Of a stretch of DNA of 64,000 bases, positions 24,976-37,665 are shown in pieces. The DNA is taken from the NCBI RefSeq assembly GCF_036365525.1, contig NC_090380.1:50501331-50565330 (forward strand), read 5' to 3'. The DNA is from Heterodontus francisci (taxonomy: Eukaryota). The number at the start of each line of letters is the position of its first letter. Position 1 is the first letter of the stretch. The notes beneath the pieces are model-generated. The model saw nothing but the letters and a program-made list of their open reading frames with translations, was not told the DNA's origin and searched no databases. The translations under genes were made by a program, and so were the position numbers.

Positions 24976-27263
24976 ATGTAGTTTCACTCTTGACTGACAT
25001 TGTTGCTGTGCGAGTGACGTCATTCTTGTCAGTGCCTTCTGCCATGGTGCCTTACTCTCTTGCCTCTGCTTCTCCTCTTATGATTGTGCAGAACAGGGAG
25101 TAGCCCAATGGAAAGGCCATTGTTCCAAATGTGTTGTGGGGCTGGGGGAGGGTGTGGTGGTGGGTGGAAGTCCAAAAGACTTTGGCTGCACTGAGAGTGA
25201 CAGAACTTTCCTGTAGGTTGCAGTATGAAAAGTTTTTAAAAATTAAGAAAATCACAGTCTCAGGCGATAAATCTCAGTATCAATATCATGCGACTTCAAG
25301 TTGTGCTGCATCTACAACTTTGGGCACACATCTCTTCCAGGACATGTCTCATGTAAATGAAGGAAAACTATTAGCTGGACATTTGCATGGGGGCAGTGCT
25401 ATGTAAATGAGCAGCAGAGTGTTTCAGCAGACAAATCTTGGAAACATCCAATCAATTGAGGAAGTTTGTGCTGTTTCAGCATATAACCATTATAAATCAG
25501 TTATGCGTGGATTTCCTCAAAAAAAATGCACAAAGCCACTCTTACACCATAATTACACCAAAGCAGTCCAGAAAATTTCAGGTCCATGTAGTGTTAAACC
25601 CAAATGGTATGAGGTGGGTTCCCCAAGGCTATTCTTGAGGATCTTACTTCAGACTTACACTATTACAATTGAGTTACTCTGCAATGAGCAAATATGGCAG
25701 TATGACTACAGATTTAAATCACTCCAGAATAAAATGCAGCAGAAGTAGCAACAATATCCAGAACAAAGAACTATTTCATCTTTCCACATCTCATTTTACT
25801 TAAATTTGCAGCATTGAAGCTCATGTTGGAAATGAAAACAGAACTACCCAGCACACCCTGACACAAAAGCAAACACTTTATCCCAAATATAGTAGCCAGA
25901 GGCAAATTATTAGTTTCTGTGACTGTTCCCCAGCCTGCAATCTTGGCAAACAGTGACTCATTTATTTTCAGGAGCAGCTTAAGAAACTGGGTTAGAAATC
26001 GGACATGGTTAGCTCAATCAAACCTTCAAGATTGTGAGTCAACTCTCCTGCAATTTAGGATCTCTCTTGTGTTAGATGCGGACAGTAGTTTTGGGCAAAC
26101 AATAAATTGCTGAAATTATCTTGCTGCTTTTGTTACAATCTCCATGAACACATACGTGAACTTTACTGTTCAAAGTTTTGCCTCAATTCCAATACTCTGC
26201 CTATAATAAGTGACTATACGTCAACGTTCCATTCCAGCTTCATAATGGAATGAGCAACATTAGCATTTTTAACATTCATGAATATGTTGGCCCTGTAAGT
26301 GTGCTAATGGATACTAGCAAATGAATACTTAATGTGTTTACACTAATGCCTCCATTAAAAAAGAGAAGTGGGAGGAATCTCAGATGAACACATTCAGTAT
26401 TGGTACAGTAGTATCCCATCGTGTAATTTCAGGAGCCCTCTTGCTGCAGTACTTTTTTGACAATATGAAATATCAAATATATTTGAAGAAGATGCGGGCG
26501 TTAAGTTCGAAAGACCCCAAAACCTGATGAGGGGATCATGATGTGTGATTAACTCGTACCCATTCAATATGATATAGGCAGCACGTCAGCTTCATGCTGC
26601 CTGTTGGTTAACATGACCGCAGCATGTAGCTAGCACAAATTTCACTGTTGAGCAGCTGCATCTCTTAGCCAGGGGCCCAAAATCATGAGAAGCTAGCAAC
26701 AGCTGAAGCCAGCCCGAACTTCTTAAAGGTAGGGGGTGGGGGTGTATTGTGCTGCAACAGGTGCTGGAGGTTGACCTGGAAAAGGCAGAAGAATGGCACA
26801 ATGTGGGAGAGCGCAGGCTGCATGGTTCTCGGACTCTGCAATGGAGGTCTTGATGAAGCACTGCAAAGGAAAAGAGATGTTCTGTAACCACAGGGGACCA
26901 GGAGGCCCTCCAGACACATGTTCAAAAGGCAGTGGGAGCAGACAACAGTGGAGGTCAATGCCAGGAGTCAAGCCCCAAGGACTCGAATGCAGTGCTGCAA
27001 TAAACCCAATGACTTCATACAAGTGGTCAAAGTCAGTGAATGCATCTTCAAATGCCATATCCCACAAACTGCACCACTAGCCTCACATACTGCTCAATTC
27101 ACCACACCCCATCACTCACCTATCACCAATCTCTATCAATGAAGACTCATACCTAACATTCACATGTTACAGTGCACCCTCACACACTTCACACTGCTGC
27201 AGGCCTCACAGCCACATCTTACAGCTTGCATACGCTGCCAACTATTCAACCATGACAGCCACA

Positions 27264-28560
27264 GGCTAAACTGTCACTTAGAAAGTGACAACGATAGACA
27301 GCATGGATTTGTTAAGGGAAGATCTTGTTTGACCAACTTGATCCAATTATTTGAAGAAGTAACAAGGAAGATAGATGAGGGTAGAGCAGTTGATGCAGTC
27401 TACATGGATTTTGGCAAGGATTTTGACAAGGTCCCATATGGCAGACTGGTTAAAAAAATAAAATCCCATGGGATCCAGGGAAATGCAGCTCAGTGGCAGG
27501 AAACAAAGGGTAATTGTTGGCAGGTGTTATTGTGACTGGAGGGCTTTTTCCAGTGGCATTCCACAGTACTCAGTACTGGGTCCCCTGCTTTTTGTGGTAT
27601 ATATTAATCATTTGGACTTAAATGTAGGGGCATGATCACGAAGTTTGCAGAGGACACAAAGATTGACCGTGTGGTAGATAGTGAGGAGGATAGCTGTAGG
27701 CTGCAGGAAGATATTGATGGTCTGGTCAGATGGGCAGAAAAGTGGCAAATGGAATTAAATCTGGAGAAGTGTGAGGTGATGTATTTGGGGAGGTCAAACA
27801 AGGCAAAGGAATACACGATTAATGGGAAAATACTGAGAAGTGTAGAGGAAGTAAGGGATTTGGAGTGAATGTCCACAGATCCCTGAAGGTAGCAGGTCAG
27901 GTCGATGAGGTGGTTACGAAGGCATATGGAATCCTTTCCTTTATTAGCTGAGGTATAGAATATAAGAGCAGGGAGGTTATGCTGGAACTGTATAACTCAT
28001 TGGTTAGGCCACAACTTGAGTCCTGTGTGCAGTTCTGGTCATCTCATTACAGAAAGGAGGTAATTGCACTAGGGAGGGTACAGAGGACATTTACAAGGAT
28101 GTTGCTAGGACTGGAAAAATGCAGCTATGAGGAAAGTTTGGATAAACTGAGGTTGTTCTCCTCTGAACAGAGAAGTCTGAGGGGAGATCTGATTGAAATG
28201 TACAAAATTTTGAGGGGCCTAGATAGAGTGGAAGTGAAGGGTCTATTCCCTTGGCAGAGAGATCAGTGATGAGGGGGCATAGATTTAAAGTGATTAGTAA
28301 AAAAAGTAGAGGGGAGATGAGGAAAAACGTTTTCACCCAGAGGGTGGTGGGGGTCTGGAACTCACTGCCTGAAAGAGTAGTTGAGGCAGAAACCCTCAAC
28401 TCATTCAAAAGGAGTCTGGATATGCACCTCAAGTGACATAATCTGCAAGGCTATGGACCAAATGCTGGAAGGTGGGATTAGAATGGGTGGATGACTTATC
28501 GCCCGACGCAGACACGATGGGCCAAGTGGCCTCTTTCTGTGCCGTAAACTTTCTGTGATT
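27264..28560 (+). mobile_element. CR1 LINE inserted in the Myb/SANT intron
   Basis: QHGFVKGRSCLTNLI, VYMDFGKDFDKVPYGRL, KFAEDTK, LYNSLVRPQLESCVQFWS; flanked by CCACA at 27259-27263 and 28561-28565. Confidence 0.93.
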
Positions 28561-28702
28561 CCACATCAGCCAAACAGATTGTACGACATTCAGTGACACA
28601 CTTCTCTCCCTCTTGCAGGTCAAAGTGGTGCACAACCAAAGACAGCAGGAGCTAACCGAAGGGGGAGCAGTGTGCTTACACAATCTGATCCCTGTGGAGG
28701 AG

Positions 28703-28838
28703 ATTCATTCATGGAATATGGACGTCGCCAGCAAGGCCAGCATTTACTGCCCATCCCTAATTGCCCTCGAGAAGGTGGTGCTGAGATGCCTCTTTGAACT
28801 ACTACAATCCTTCTGGTGTAGTTATATCCACAGGGCTG
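28703..28838 (-). mobile_element. 3' tail fragment of the second LINE/SINE family in Myb/SANT exon 2
   Basis: GGCCAGCATTTACTGCCCATCCCTAATTGCCCTCGAGAAGGTGGTG is the reverse complement of the 5310-5450 tail. Confidence 0.85.
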
Positions 28839-29329
28839 CCCATTACTGAGGCCATGGCTAGCAGAGGCACTGAAACCATCGAAGATGACAGTTTCTCTAT
28901 ACTTCCTTCTCTGCACATCCCACCTCCCCCTCATCCCACAATTAATCTCATTTATGCAGAATTTGGAGACCAACATTTCAATTATGGAAGTGATGGCCAA
29001 CCCCATCAGCACACTTGTAGTCCCAACCATGATGCAGCATCTGATGGCCAATATCTCAGCTTCCATTTCACTACAATCAGCTTCCACCCAACAACTGAGT
29101 ACTGTAGTGGAAGCACAGATTGAAGTCATGCAAGGTCAGCTTGCTGATACCATGGCTGTGGATTACAGAGTGCAAAGGGGCTTGCAGGATATCACAGCAG
29201 TCCAGCAATCTGTCCTCCATCAGATTGCTAGGATTGCCGATTTGTCGCCCTAGGAGAATGGCAGTAGCTTCATGGAATAGAAACTTGCTGTTCTTTCTCA
29301 GGAAGACAGCATCCAACCTCATACAATAC

Positions 29330-29895
29330 AAATGCAAAATACTACAGATACTGGAAATCTGAAATGAAAACAGAAAATGCTGGAAATACTCAGCAGGTCT
29401 GGCAGCATCAGTGGAGAAAGAAACAGAGTTAGTGTTTCAGATCAGTGACCTTTCGTCAGAACTGGAAAAAGAGGCATAGCAAACTTCAGACAAGTACGGA
29501 GGCAGGGAAATGGGAGTGGAGAGGGAGAGTAGGGGAGAACAAAAGGAAAGGTCAATGATAGGGCAGGAGAGTTTAAATAACAAAAGGGATGATGGTGCAA
29601 GATAGAAGGAGATGGTAATGGAACAAGTAAAGAAACCAAAAATATGTCAAGGGAAGGTACAAATGGGAAGAGAATCATTATCAATAGCTGCCATACAGAA
29701 CAAAAACACTTTAAAAAAAAAACACAAAAAAAAAAGGTGGCAGAGGTTATAATCTGAAATTGTTGAACTCAATGTTGACTCTGAAAGAGCATAATCAAAA
29801 GATGAGGTGCTGTTCCTTGAGCTTACGTTGAACTTCAATGGAACACCATAGGAGGCCAAGGACAGAGAATTCAAAGTGGGAGAGAAGCAGAGTGA
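29330..29895 (-). mobile_element. Penelope-like 3' fragment inside the Harbinger element
   Basis: Reverse-complement homology to 24400-24975, including CTGACGA...GAAAC motif at 29427-29463. Confidence 0.82.
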
Positions 29896-29896
29896 A

Positions 29897-30595
29897 CCCT
29901 CTGGTTTATCATGGTGGCTTAAAGGTAGAAGACACAGTGGGCTGCCATAGAATGAAGGCATCATGACTGCTGCTGGGATACCGGATATTGACCTGCATTA
30001 CACATTGCACACCAGCTGGACATTGAGAGAGTGAAATCACTTTCAATTACAGTATATCTCAAGAATTGACGTGTAGTGTCCATAAAACAACATGTAAGCA
30101 GTCAATGGCACCACGCACCACGGAGAAGTCACAATCCTTGCGAAGCTGCATTTTCGCTCTGCCTGAATGAAATGCCTTCAGCTTTCATGGAATACAGAGT
30201 CTCAGTGACGTCAGTTATGCAACAGTAGACAAGCTGGGAATGCTCCAGCCCAGAAAGAACCTAACACATAAAAGTTCATGTCCATGGTCACATTCACAGC
30301 CACTGGCAATGCCATCCTCACCCTGCTCGGAGACTGCAGTTAGGTCTGAAGTAAGTGGCAGATGTCAGTGAGGACATCCTTATAGATGTATCATACACTG
30401 TTCCTTGCTGAGCTTCAGGTAGGAGAATTGCTCCCTGAACACCGTGGGTGGATATGGCCTCCTGCTGAGACCTCTTCTCTCCTTCCTCCTCCCTCTTTTA
30501 GCAGCTTGCCCTGCTCTATGTGCCCTCTGTTCATTTTCCAAATAATGCTGTAATCCAAGGGGAATGCCTACTAGTGCACACAGGTCTTGGAGCAA
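29897..30595 (-). pseudogene. HARBI1-like DDE transposase remnant
   Basis: RRPYPPTVFREQFSYLKLSKEQC; ALPVAVNVTMDMNFYVLGSF; VRGAIDCLHV; N*K*FHSLNVQLVCN; RYPSSSHDAFIL; cut off before the GDxGY motif. Confidence 0.88.
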
Positions 30596-33500
30596 ATGGT
30601 TTGTGCAAAACCCTTGAAGTTAGGACAAAGTCCTTCAATACCTACCATAATATCCCTTTAGCCTTTGGAACATGAAAACATTATAGAAGTTATAGAATTG
30701 TAGCAACAACCAGGAGAAATCAACCAGCAACTAGCTTGTAAGTAGTTGATGATCCCTTTAAGAAGTATTGTTGTGAGGGTCCTTCCTGCTGTTGAACGCA
30801 TACTCAGCCATGCGTGATTTAGAAACGTTGTTAGCTGGAGCATTGAGCTCCAAAATGATAGCGCTAGCATCAATTCAGCATTGTACGATAATTAACATCA
30901 TGATCTGCCTACTCCCGGCGCGAGTTCACTGCATGTGTGCTAACACCCTCACAAATATGGCATCTGCATGACTTGCCTTAGAAATGTGCATGTGCATCTT
31001 GGATCTCATTTTGGACATTAAACAGTACCCTCAGCACTCAAACAACTTGCACTACCGATCCAAGTGTTGTGCTGGACATATATGAATTAGGAAAAAAAGC
31101 TTGATGATTTACAATTTTTTTCAAAGTATTTTGACATTTTCTTCTTTTCCAATGTTGCCCTGATGGATGTGATATAGTTTCATAGCCACTGACAGACCTT
31201 TGGCATTTCATAAAATAATTATTCCTTATTTAAGCCTAAACAATGAATATTGAAAAGCTGTTCAGTGGAAGGGACATTACAATTCAGTATGATCCTGTTC
31301 TCATCTAATGTTCAACACAAACACTTTCCAGTAGGATTGATTAGCTAGGCAACAGGAACTGATATTCCCCTTCTAGCCCCAAGCTTAATTGTAGGGCCTC
31401 AGTTGCACCCTGGCAGTGGTCAACTCATCAAGCACACTTAAGAGATTGAACCTGCAACTTTCTCAGCAGCACATTTACCAAGCAAGAGATTGTTCTTTTA
31501 AAGTTTATCTTGATATTTAGTGAGTTTATATCAATGACCAGATTGAAAATCTCCTCTTCATTATATTTTATGGTCAATTCTGGAATAATATATAGCAAGT
31601 GATTGCGAGCAAAATAAGCTCAGAAAACATTATTACAAATAATTTCTACAAGCATACACATGCCTTTAAAATGATTTACTCTTTGTTTCCACTTGTCCTC
31701 TCTCACCTGTTGGCAAGAATTGGTTCCTTGTTGGTGTATGATTTGTAGGAGTTATCTGATAGCATGTCTAAGCAACTGCTTTTCAACTATGCAATTAACT
31801 GAGGCTTTACAGTCAAAGCCAATCCTATGCTTGCTCAATATCTACAAATTCACATTTCATGCAAAGGCCAATAGAGAATTAAGAGTTGAAACTTCGACTT
31901 ATTTCTGTTCCTATCTCCAGGCACTTAGGCAACTATAGTACCCCTACTACTCATACAGTTGAGATCAAATTTACATTCTTCTAAAATCTCCAACAGTTAA
32001 AAGCTGAAGGAATGAGATTCCATGCTTGTAAAAGTTAATTTTCAGTGCCAAGGTGGTTGTTTGGCAGTAATTAAATCTTATCACTTAAGTCTTAAATGTT
32101 ATAAAGGGTACTGAGACTGAAATGGACAAGCCCCAACTTTCTGTCATGTGTTTACGCTCATATCAACCAAGCATACATAGGAAGTTCATACTGCTCAATG
32201 CATTTGAATGGGCAGCCAAACAGCAAGATGTCATTTTCAGAAAGTAACATTGATTTTTGTGTTTAACCTCGCATCTGCCCTCACTTGAAGTTGGTGTGCA
32301 ATATGTGCATAAATGACCATATGTGCTCTTAGCCTCACTTTTATCTTGGCAGTAAATTCTAGCCCCTTACTTTTATGTGGAGAAAACTACCTTGTTGTGT
32401 TGTATTTTCTTACAAGAAGAAAATGTCATTCTTTCCCTTACTTACACTGATTACTAGATAAGGTAGCAATTCAATTTACTGATCCTTAGAGGATTTGCGA
32501 CATGCTATATAACAGCATTTTGGTTTCTAAGCAAAACACAAAAAGCATTGAAATCTTCCTTTCTCAATAATTATCAGAATGGCACAAAGTTCTGGATATT
32601 CAGCAATTTTGTCTTTGATATAATTACTGATAATTATGTTTGATTTTGGATAAAATTACTATGCAATTGCATATATTTTATTAACGAAATGTTACATGGT
32701 TCTAATATTTCAGAGTTAGAAGAAAACAATGGTATCAATGCAAATAGAAAAATAAACAAATCCAATCTCCAGTGCAGTTTGCCCAGATGTTGGTGCCAGT
32801 TAGAGTTTCTTTTAAAATTATCACACTGAGTAAGTTCAGTCTCCATCTGGCCCCCCATCTCAGTTATCTTGCTGAAATATTCATCATGGTCAAATTTATT
32901 TTGCAAAGTCTCAGTTATTCATTGAAAAAAATCCACATCATAGACAGAAAAATATTATAATTCAATTGCCAACATGAAACATCACACAATCATATTTTTG
33001 AACCAATTTTCCTGGCAGATTCTACACTAGTATCAGAACAATTGCCGAATAGACTGCAAGGTTTAAATGTCTGAATCAAACATCAAAATTCCAGCAAGTT
33101 GAAATAATTTTATCAACTATTCTTTATCAAGTTTTGCATCTTTAGCTACTTTCCAAACCTTCTATGCTCTATTTATTCCACACCTTATGTTTTTAAATTT
33201 TGAGTCCATATCTTGGTAAGTTTTTTTGTACCTTTCTGATTTGTTTACCCTTTCCTTAACATGCTGATTGAGATTTACAGGTCAAGCTTTTCTTTTATAT
33301 TACATTAATTCACAAAAACATTAAAGAAACAAATATTAAGGGGTACAGAGAGAAAGAAAAAATGGGTTTAGTGTAGATTGCTGCAGAGCTGGCACAAACA
33401 CAAGCACAATGGCTGATTGGCGGCTTTGTCAAATTTCCTACGGTTCAGTCATAACATCTTCAATTCCAGGTGGAACAAATTGGTCAAAAGATAAGAATTG

Positions 33501-33759
33501 AAGTCCAAACCATTTTAAAATTTTGAAGCATAGTATAACATCGTTTTTCATAATAACATCAACCTGCATTCACATTGTACCCCAACAATTACCTATACAA
33601 GGTGAAAACAAAATACTTTAACCTTTCGTCAAGTGTGCTTGAGACCATTCTCGATATCCACCTGTGTGCATTTCCAGCCAAAGAGTCAAATGAACTGGAA
33701 TATTCATGTATTCTGAGTGGTTTTCCTGCCTAACACCTATTTGATGTTAAGTATAGGGG

Positions 33760-34130
33760 ATAAGGAATGGGTTCAAAATTTTAATGTGAATAATTATAAG
33801 GTAATGCCCAATGGAATATCAAATGTGTACAATGATCGGATGTCCATCAAGCAAGATGAAAACAGTTTAAACGTGATGACTGGTCATTCACTAAAAGCAT
33901 TCAGATTGCGTAAAGCTGTTATCAACAAGAGTGATCATGTACTAGAATTATCTCCAGTACATGCGACTAAAAGCCAAGATAAACTATTTTAGCCTTGTAT
34001 AGATAAATGATAGGCTACATTTGGAATATTGTGAGCAATTTTGAGTACTTTGCCTTCAAAAGAATGTTGATGTATTGGATAAGATTCTGAGAAAAGCAGT
34101 AAGAATGACTCCAGGATTTATGACCACATA
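33760..34130 (+). mobile_element. Highly degraded CR1 fragment
   Basis: EWVQNFNVNNYKVM and TTGGAATATTGTGAGCAATTTTGA (LEYCEQF*) resemble CR1 ORF2 motifs. Confidence 0.5.
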
Positions 34131-34164
34131 ATCCAAGCTGACACTGATGGACTGCGGCATTGGT

Positions 34165-34905
34165 AGAAGTGCCATTTTTCAGAGGAGATGTTGAATTATA
34201 TTGCCTGAAAAAGGAGACTTAAACAACAACCTGACACTATTCTAAAAAGAGCAACACGTTTTCCTGGTGGTTGGGCCTCAACCAACACCACCCAAAATAA
34301 ATTAACTGGTTATTTATCTAACTTAGTACTTTTGGAACCTGAGGGCTGGATTTCGAGGAAGAAGCGGGGCTCCCGGCACTGGGCCAAAACGGCGGGGGGA
34401 GCCCTGCCTCAGTCTTTTCGTGCTCCCCGGAGCAATACTCCAGTGTTTTGAAGGTTAACTGTCCCGCGCTGGAATCCCCACCCCTTTCAAGTCGGGGATC
34501 CCGCCTCCAAGAGCTGCCAGTCAATCGCAGAGCAGGCAGCACAGCAGTATCGGCAGCGTCACTGGAAGCAGTGGCCACTGCCGGCATTGCAGAGACCTTG
34601 GGCGCAGGCCCAGCGCTGGAACCCGGCACCTCAGGTAAGTGAGGCGGGGTCACTGGGGCCAGTCCGGAAGGCCCCAGCAAGGGGGGGTGGTTGTAAAGCC
34701 CTCTGTCACCTGCCACCCTTCACGATTCGGTGGGTCCCCCGCCTTTGACCCCACCTCAAGGGGGGCCCATAAAATCCAGCCCTTAAGTGTGCACAATTCA
34801 CTGTCAAATTTGTAACCATAACAAATATAGCTTCACTTCAAAAGTAGTTTATTGGTCATTAAGTGCCTTGGGACATCCCGAGTCATGATAAATGCACTTA
34901 TTTTT
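34165..34905 (+). mobile_element. Old DeuSINE-type copy split by a MITE
   Basis: Degenerate reverse-complement similarity to 45948-46260 on both sides of 34343-34782, e.g. CACTTCAAAAGTAGTTTATTGG...GCCTTGGGACATCC. Confidence 0.55.
34343..34782. mobile_element. GC/CpG-rich MITE, probably Harbinger-type
   Basis: Perfect 11-bp TIR GGGCTGGATTT...AAATCCAGCCC; flanks TGA and TTA resemble a TWA-type 3-bp target. Confidence 0.85.
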
Positions 34906-36933
34906 CTTCTTACTGTTCTTCAGTTGTAAAGCAACACTCACAGACCTGAATTTGTTTTTAGGCCTATTTTTCTGTCTGGATCCTGAAGTATTAGTTCGAA
35001 TCCCAAGGGCCTGAGTTTTCATCTTACTCCTATGGAGCGGCAATAACCAGAATACAGTGTGATAACCCATGCCCACGAGAAACAGTCAGGAAAAGTCCAG
35101 GAAGTAACATTGTTTAAATTAGTAAATAAAATTCTTGAACTGGCAGTATTGGGATTTTTTGTTTTTTTGGGATGTGGGTTGTTGATAGGACTGACATTTG
35201 TGTCAGGCCAATGGGGGTTGTTTATTAGGTGTTTTAATGCTGACCTCAGATATAGCAGCCAGAGTCATTCATTCAGTGAAGACCAGACCATGATTGGTGC
35301 TGGTTACTGGAAAGTCAACAATGGGATAAACAAACCACTCACAACAGCTCGAGAAAGGACTGCAAACCCACCAGGAGCAGGTAATGATATTTTTTATAAT
35401 AACCTAAATAATGGAGAAAAAAAGGAAGGTTTTGGGGAAGGAGGAAGAAAGAATAAACTGAATTCCTTGCATCTTAAGCAAATACTGCAAATTCACCATT
35501 TGCGGTTAAGCAAAGAAAAACACAAAGGACTCAAAATAAGAGGCTTTAGGGAACAAAGGACGAAGTTATTGCATCTTAAGCAAATTTTGTCAAGTGGAGA
35601 GTACATAGTATTGCAACTATTATATCTGTGAGGTCTCCACATTTCACTACTGAAGCAGGTAATATGGTTTCCTAGTGCCAGTTGTGATGTAATGTTTCAG
35701 TTTTCTGTAATATAGGGATAGAAAAACTACAGTCCCATTTAGACTGTTGTTGGGCTTTGCTAAACATCAGACACTCCACTTCAGGTACTGGATGATGCAT
35801 GAGCAATGCCATGGGTTATCTACTAATTTTTTAATGCTTTTCTGTGAAAGCATAATTCACCAACTACAAACATTATGACTACCTATGCCCTTCTTCCTAT
35901 CCTGGTGCTACAATTCTAATCAGGATTCATCTCTCCTAAATTGACATATATTGGTTTCTCCCATTAAAACTGAATCAAACAGATTAATTTACAACAGCTG
36001 AGGTGAACGCTCTGGAATTAGACCACTGAATTTATGTGCCTTTTGTTATTTATATTGAAAGATATTGAGAATAAAGGCAATTCATGAAATTGATCAAATG
36101 TACCCAATTCTTGACATAAAATAGGCCTTCAGTGAGAACTAATTCGTTTTTTTTTAATTTGTCAAGCTCACTTTGCAGACAGTATCAATTTACATAACCT
36201 CTCCGAACAAATAACGCAGTGATGTACTACAGCAATTATCTGGAAAATGTTCATAATGAGCATTAGATGTGCTTTGCAGAACAAAAAGCCATTTTCTATC
36301 AACTAGAAACATTATGATACAAAGTTTATAAGCTGGGAATCGTATGCACAAGGTTTGAATTTCATCTCTTTCCCATCAGGTAACAAATGTTTGATTTTAT
36401 GTAAGTATTGCCATTATCTTCCGACTAAAAAATAGCAACCCCAGTGCCAGTCTACTTAGTCTAATTAATGGAATTGCTCTTATGTGAATTAGATACTGGT
36501 GGGAAAAGAAATTATACTTCATGCAATGCCAAAAAGCTAATCTAGCAAAAGCATTAATTTCTAATCAGATTCAGTCATGCCTTTTCTTCATCTACAGAAT
36601 ATAATGTTTAATTAGGTATTAAGTTTTAAGCACCCATCTAATATTTCACCCTTTGGGATAGTAAGTAAGTTGTAATGTTTTGTGAAAAGCTTTCAATTTG
36701 ATGCATTTTATACTGAACGGAGATTTATCATTTTAAAAAATTCTGAAAATATTACAGGTGCAAGTTTAATTCCCAATGACAGGCACACTCCAATGTATGT
36801 ATCTGTGATGTATTTTCTCATCCTGCACCTCCCATTGCTCTTCTTGGCCTGATGGTTGCCTACTAATGCAGGGATATAGTTTCACAGATAGAGGCTATGT
36901 TCTGTTACCTAGCCCAAATCTGAGCCTCACATT

Positions 36934-37581
36934 GGGCTGGATTTTAAAACCCAAAAAAGGGTGGGTTGAGGTCAGGTCAGAGGCTAAAATTTAAAAAATC
37001 TCAACCCCAACCTGCTTCCAACCTGCCCACTTCAGGGTTTGACGGAGGCAGGACACAGGGCAGGCAGTCAACCTGCTCCCAGGAGGGAGTTTGGCAATTC
37101 AAATATTTTGATGAGGTTGGCAGCCTCTGATTTCACCTGGTTTACAGATTTAACATTGGCTGGCTGGGTCTTCCATCCTTCAGGAAATCTGGCAACTGAA
37201 GGGAGGTGAGGACAGCTTCAAAGAAAAGATAAGTGCTTTAATAGCACTGCTTGTGGGCCAGGAGGAGCAGGATTGCTTCCCTCTAGCTCCGCCAAGCTCC
37301 CACCCCCACCCCACATACAAAGACCAGTAGGATCCAGGCTCAGACATCTCCCTCCTCCCCTCCAGGGTTGGGGAAATCGGCCTATGTGCTTCTGTGGCCT
37401 ACTCTCACCCCACTGGAAGCCAAGCCTGTCAATTAGGGCAAATTATGGATGGGGAACTTGTCAAGAACAAAAGATGCACTCTGTGGAGTTAAAACACTTC
37501 AGGCTTCTCAGACTTATGGGTTTCCCTATGAAACCCCTCCATTCACCGCTGCCTATGTAACCCAACCATTATATCCAGGCC
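36934..37581. mobile_element. MITE with related TIRs
   Basis: GGGCTGGATTT at left, ATATCCAGGCC at right. Confidence 0.7.
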
Positions 37582-37665
37582 AATGAGTCATTGGGTTATT
37601 TAAGTGTGTCCTGCGGTTGCCCTGTTCTCAAAGAATCTAAAAAAACTTCTCTCTCTGTCTTAAAG

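Larger units (their letters stand above)
26793..29325 (+). pseudogene. Harbinger-type Myb/SANT (MSANTD/NAIF1-like) gene remnant, intron-containing
   Basis: Exon 1 26793-27031 (AWFSDSAMEVLM...KRQWEQTTVEVNARSQAPRTRMQCCNKPNDF), donor GTCAGT; acceptor CTTCTCTCCCTCTTGCAG at 28618; exon 2 VKVVHNQRQQELTEGG; frameshifted. Confidence 0.8.
26496..31070. mobile_element. Decayed two-gene PIF/Harbinger DNA transposon with nested insertions
   Basis: Myb/SANT gene on + and HARBI1-like transposase on -, convergent; left end homologous to 47241 onward. TIRs not clearly readable and right end approximate. Confidence 0.7.

Noticed and set aside
29897-30595. Host HARBI1 gene
   Set aside because: Multiple stops and frameshifts, truncated, and paired with a multicopy Myb/SANT remnant, so a transposon fossil.
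35059-35631. 190-aa ORF with a hydrophobic stretch
   Set aside because: Non-ATG start, hydrophobic part comes from T runs, no recognisable domain or exon structure.
36361-36386. Recursive splice site TTCATCTCTTTCCCATCAG/GTAACA
   Set aside because: Donor half departs from GTRAG and no host transcript is established.
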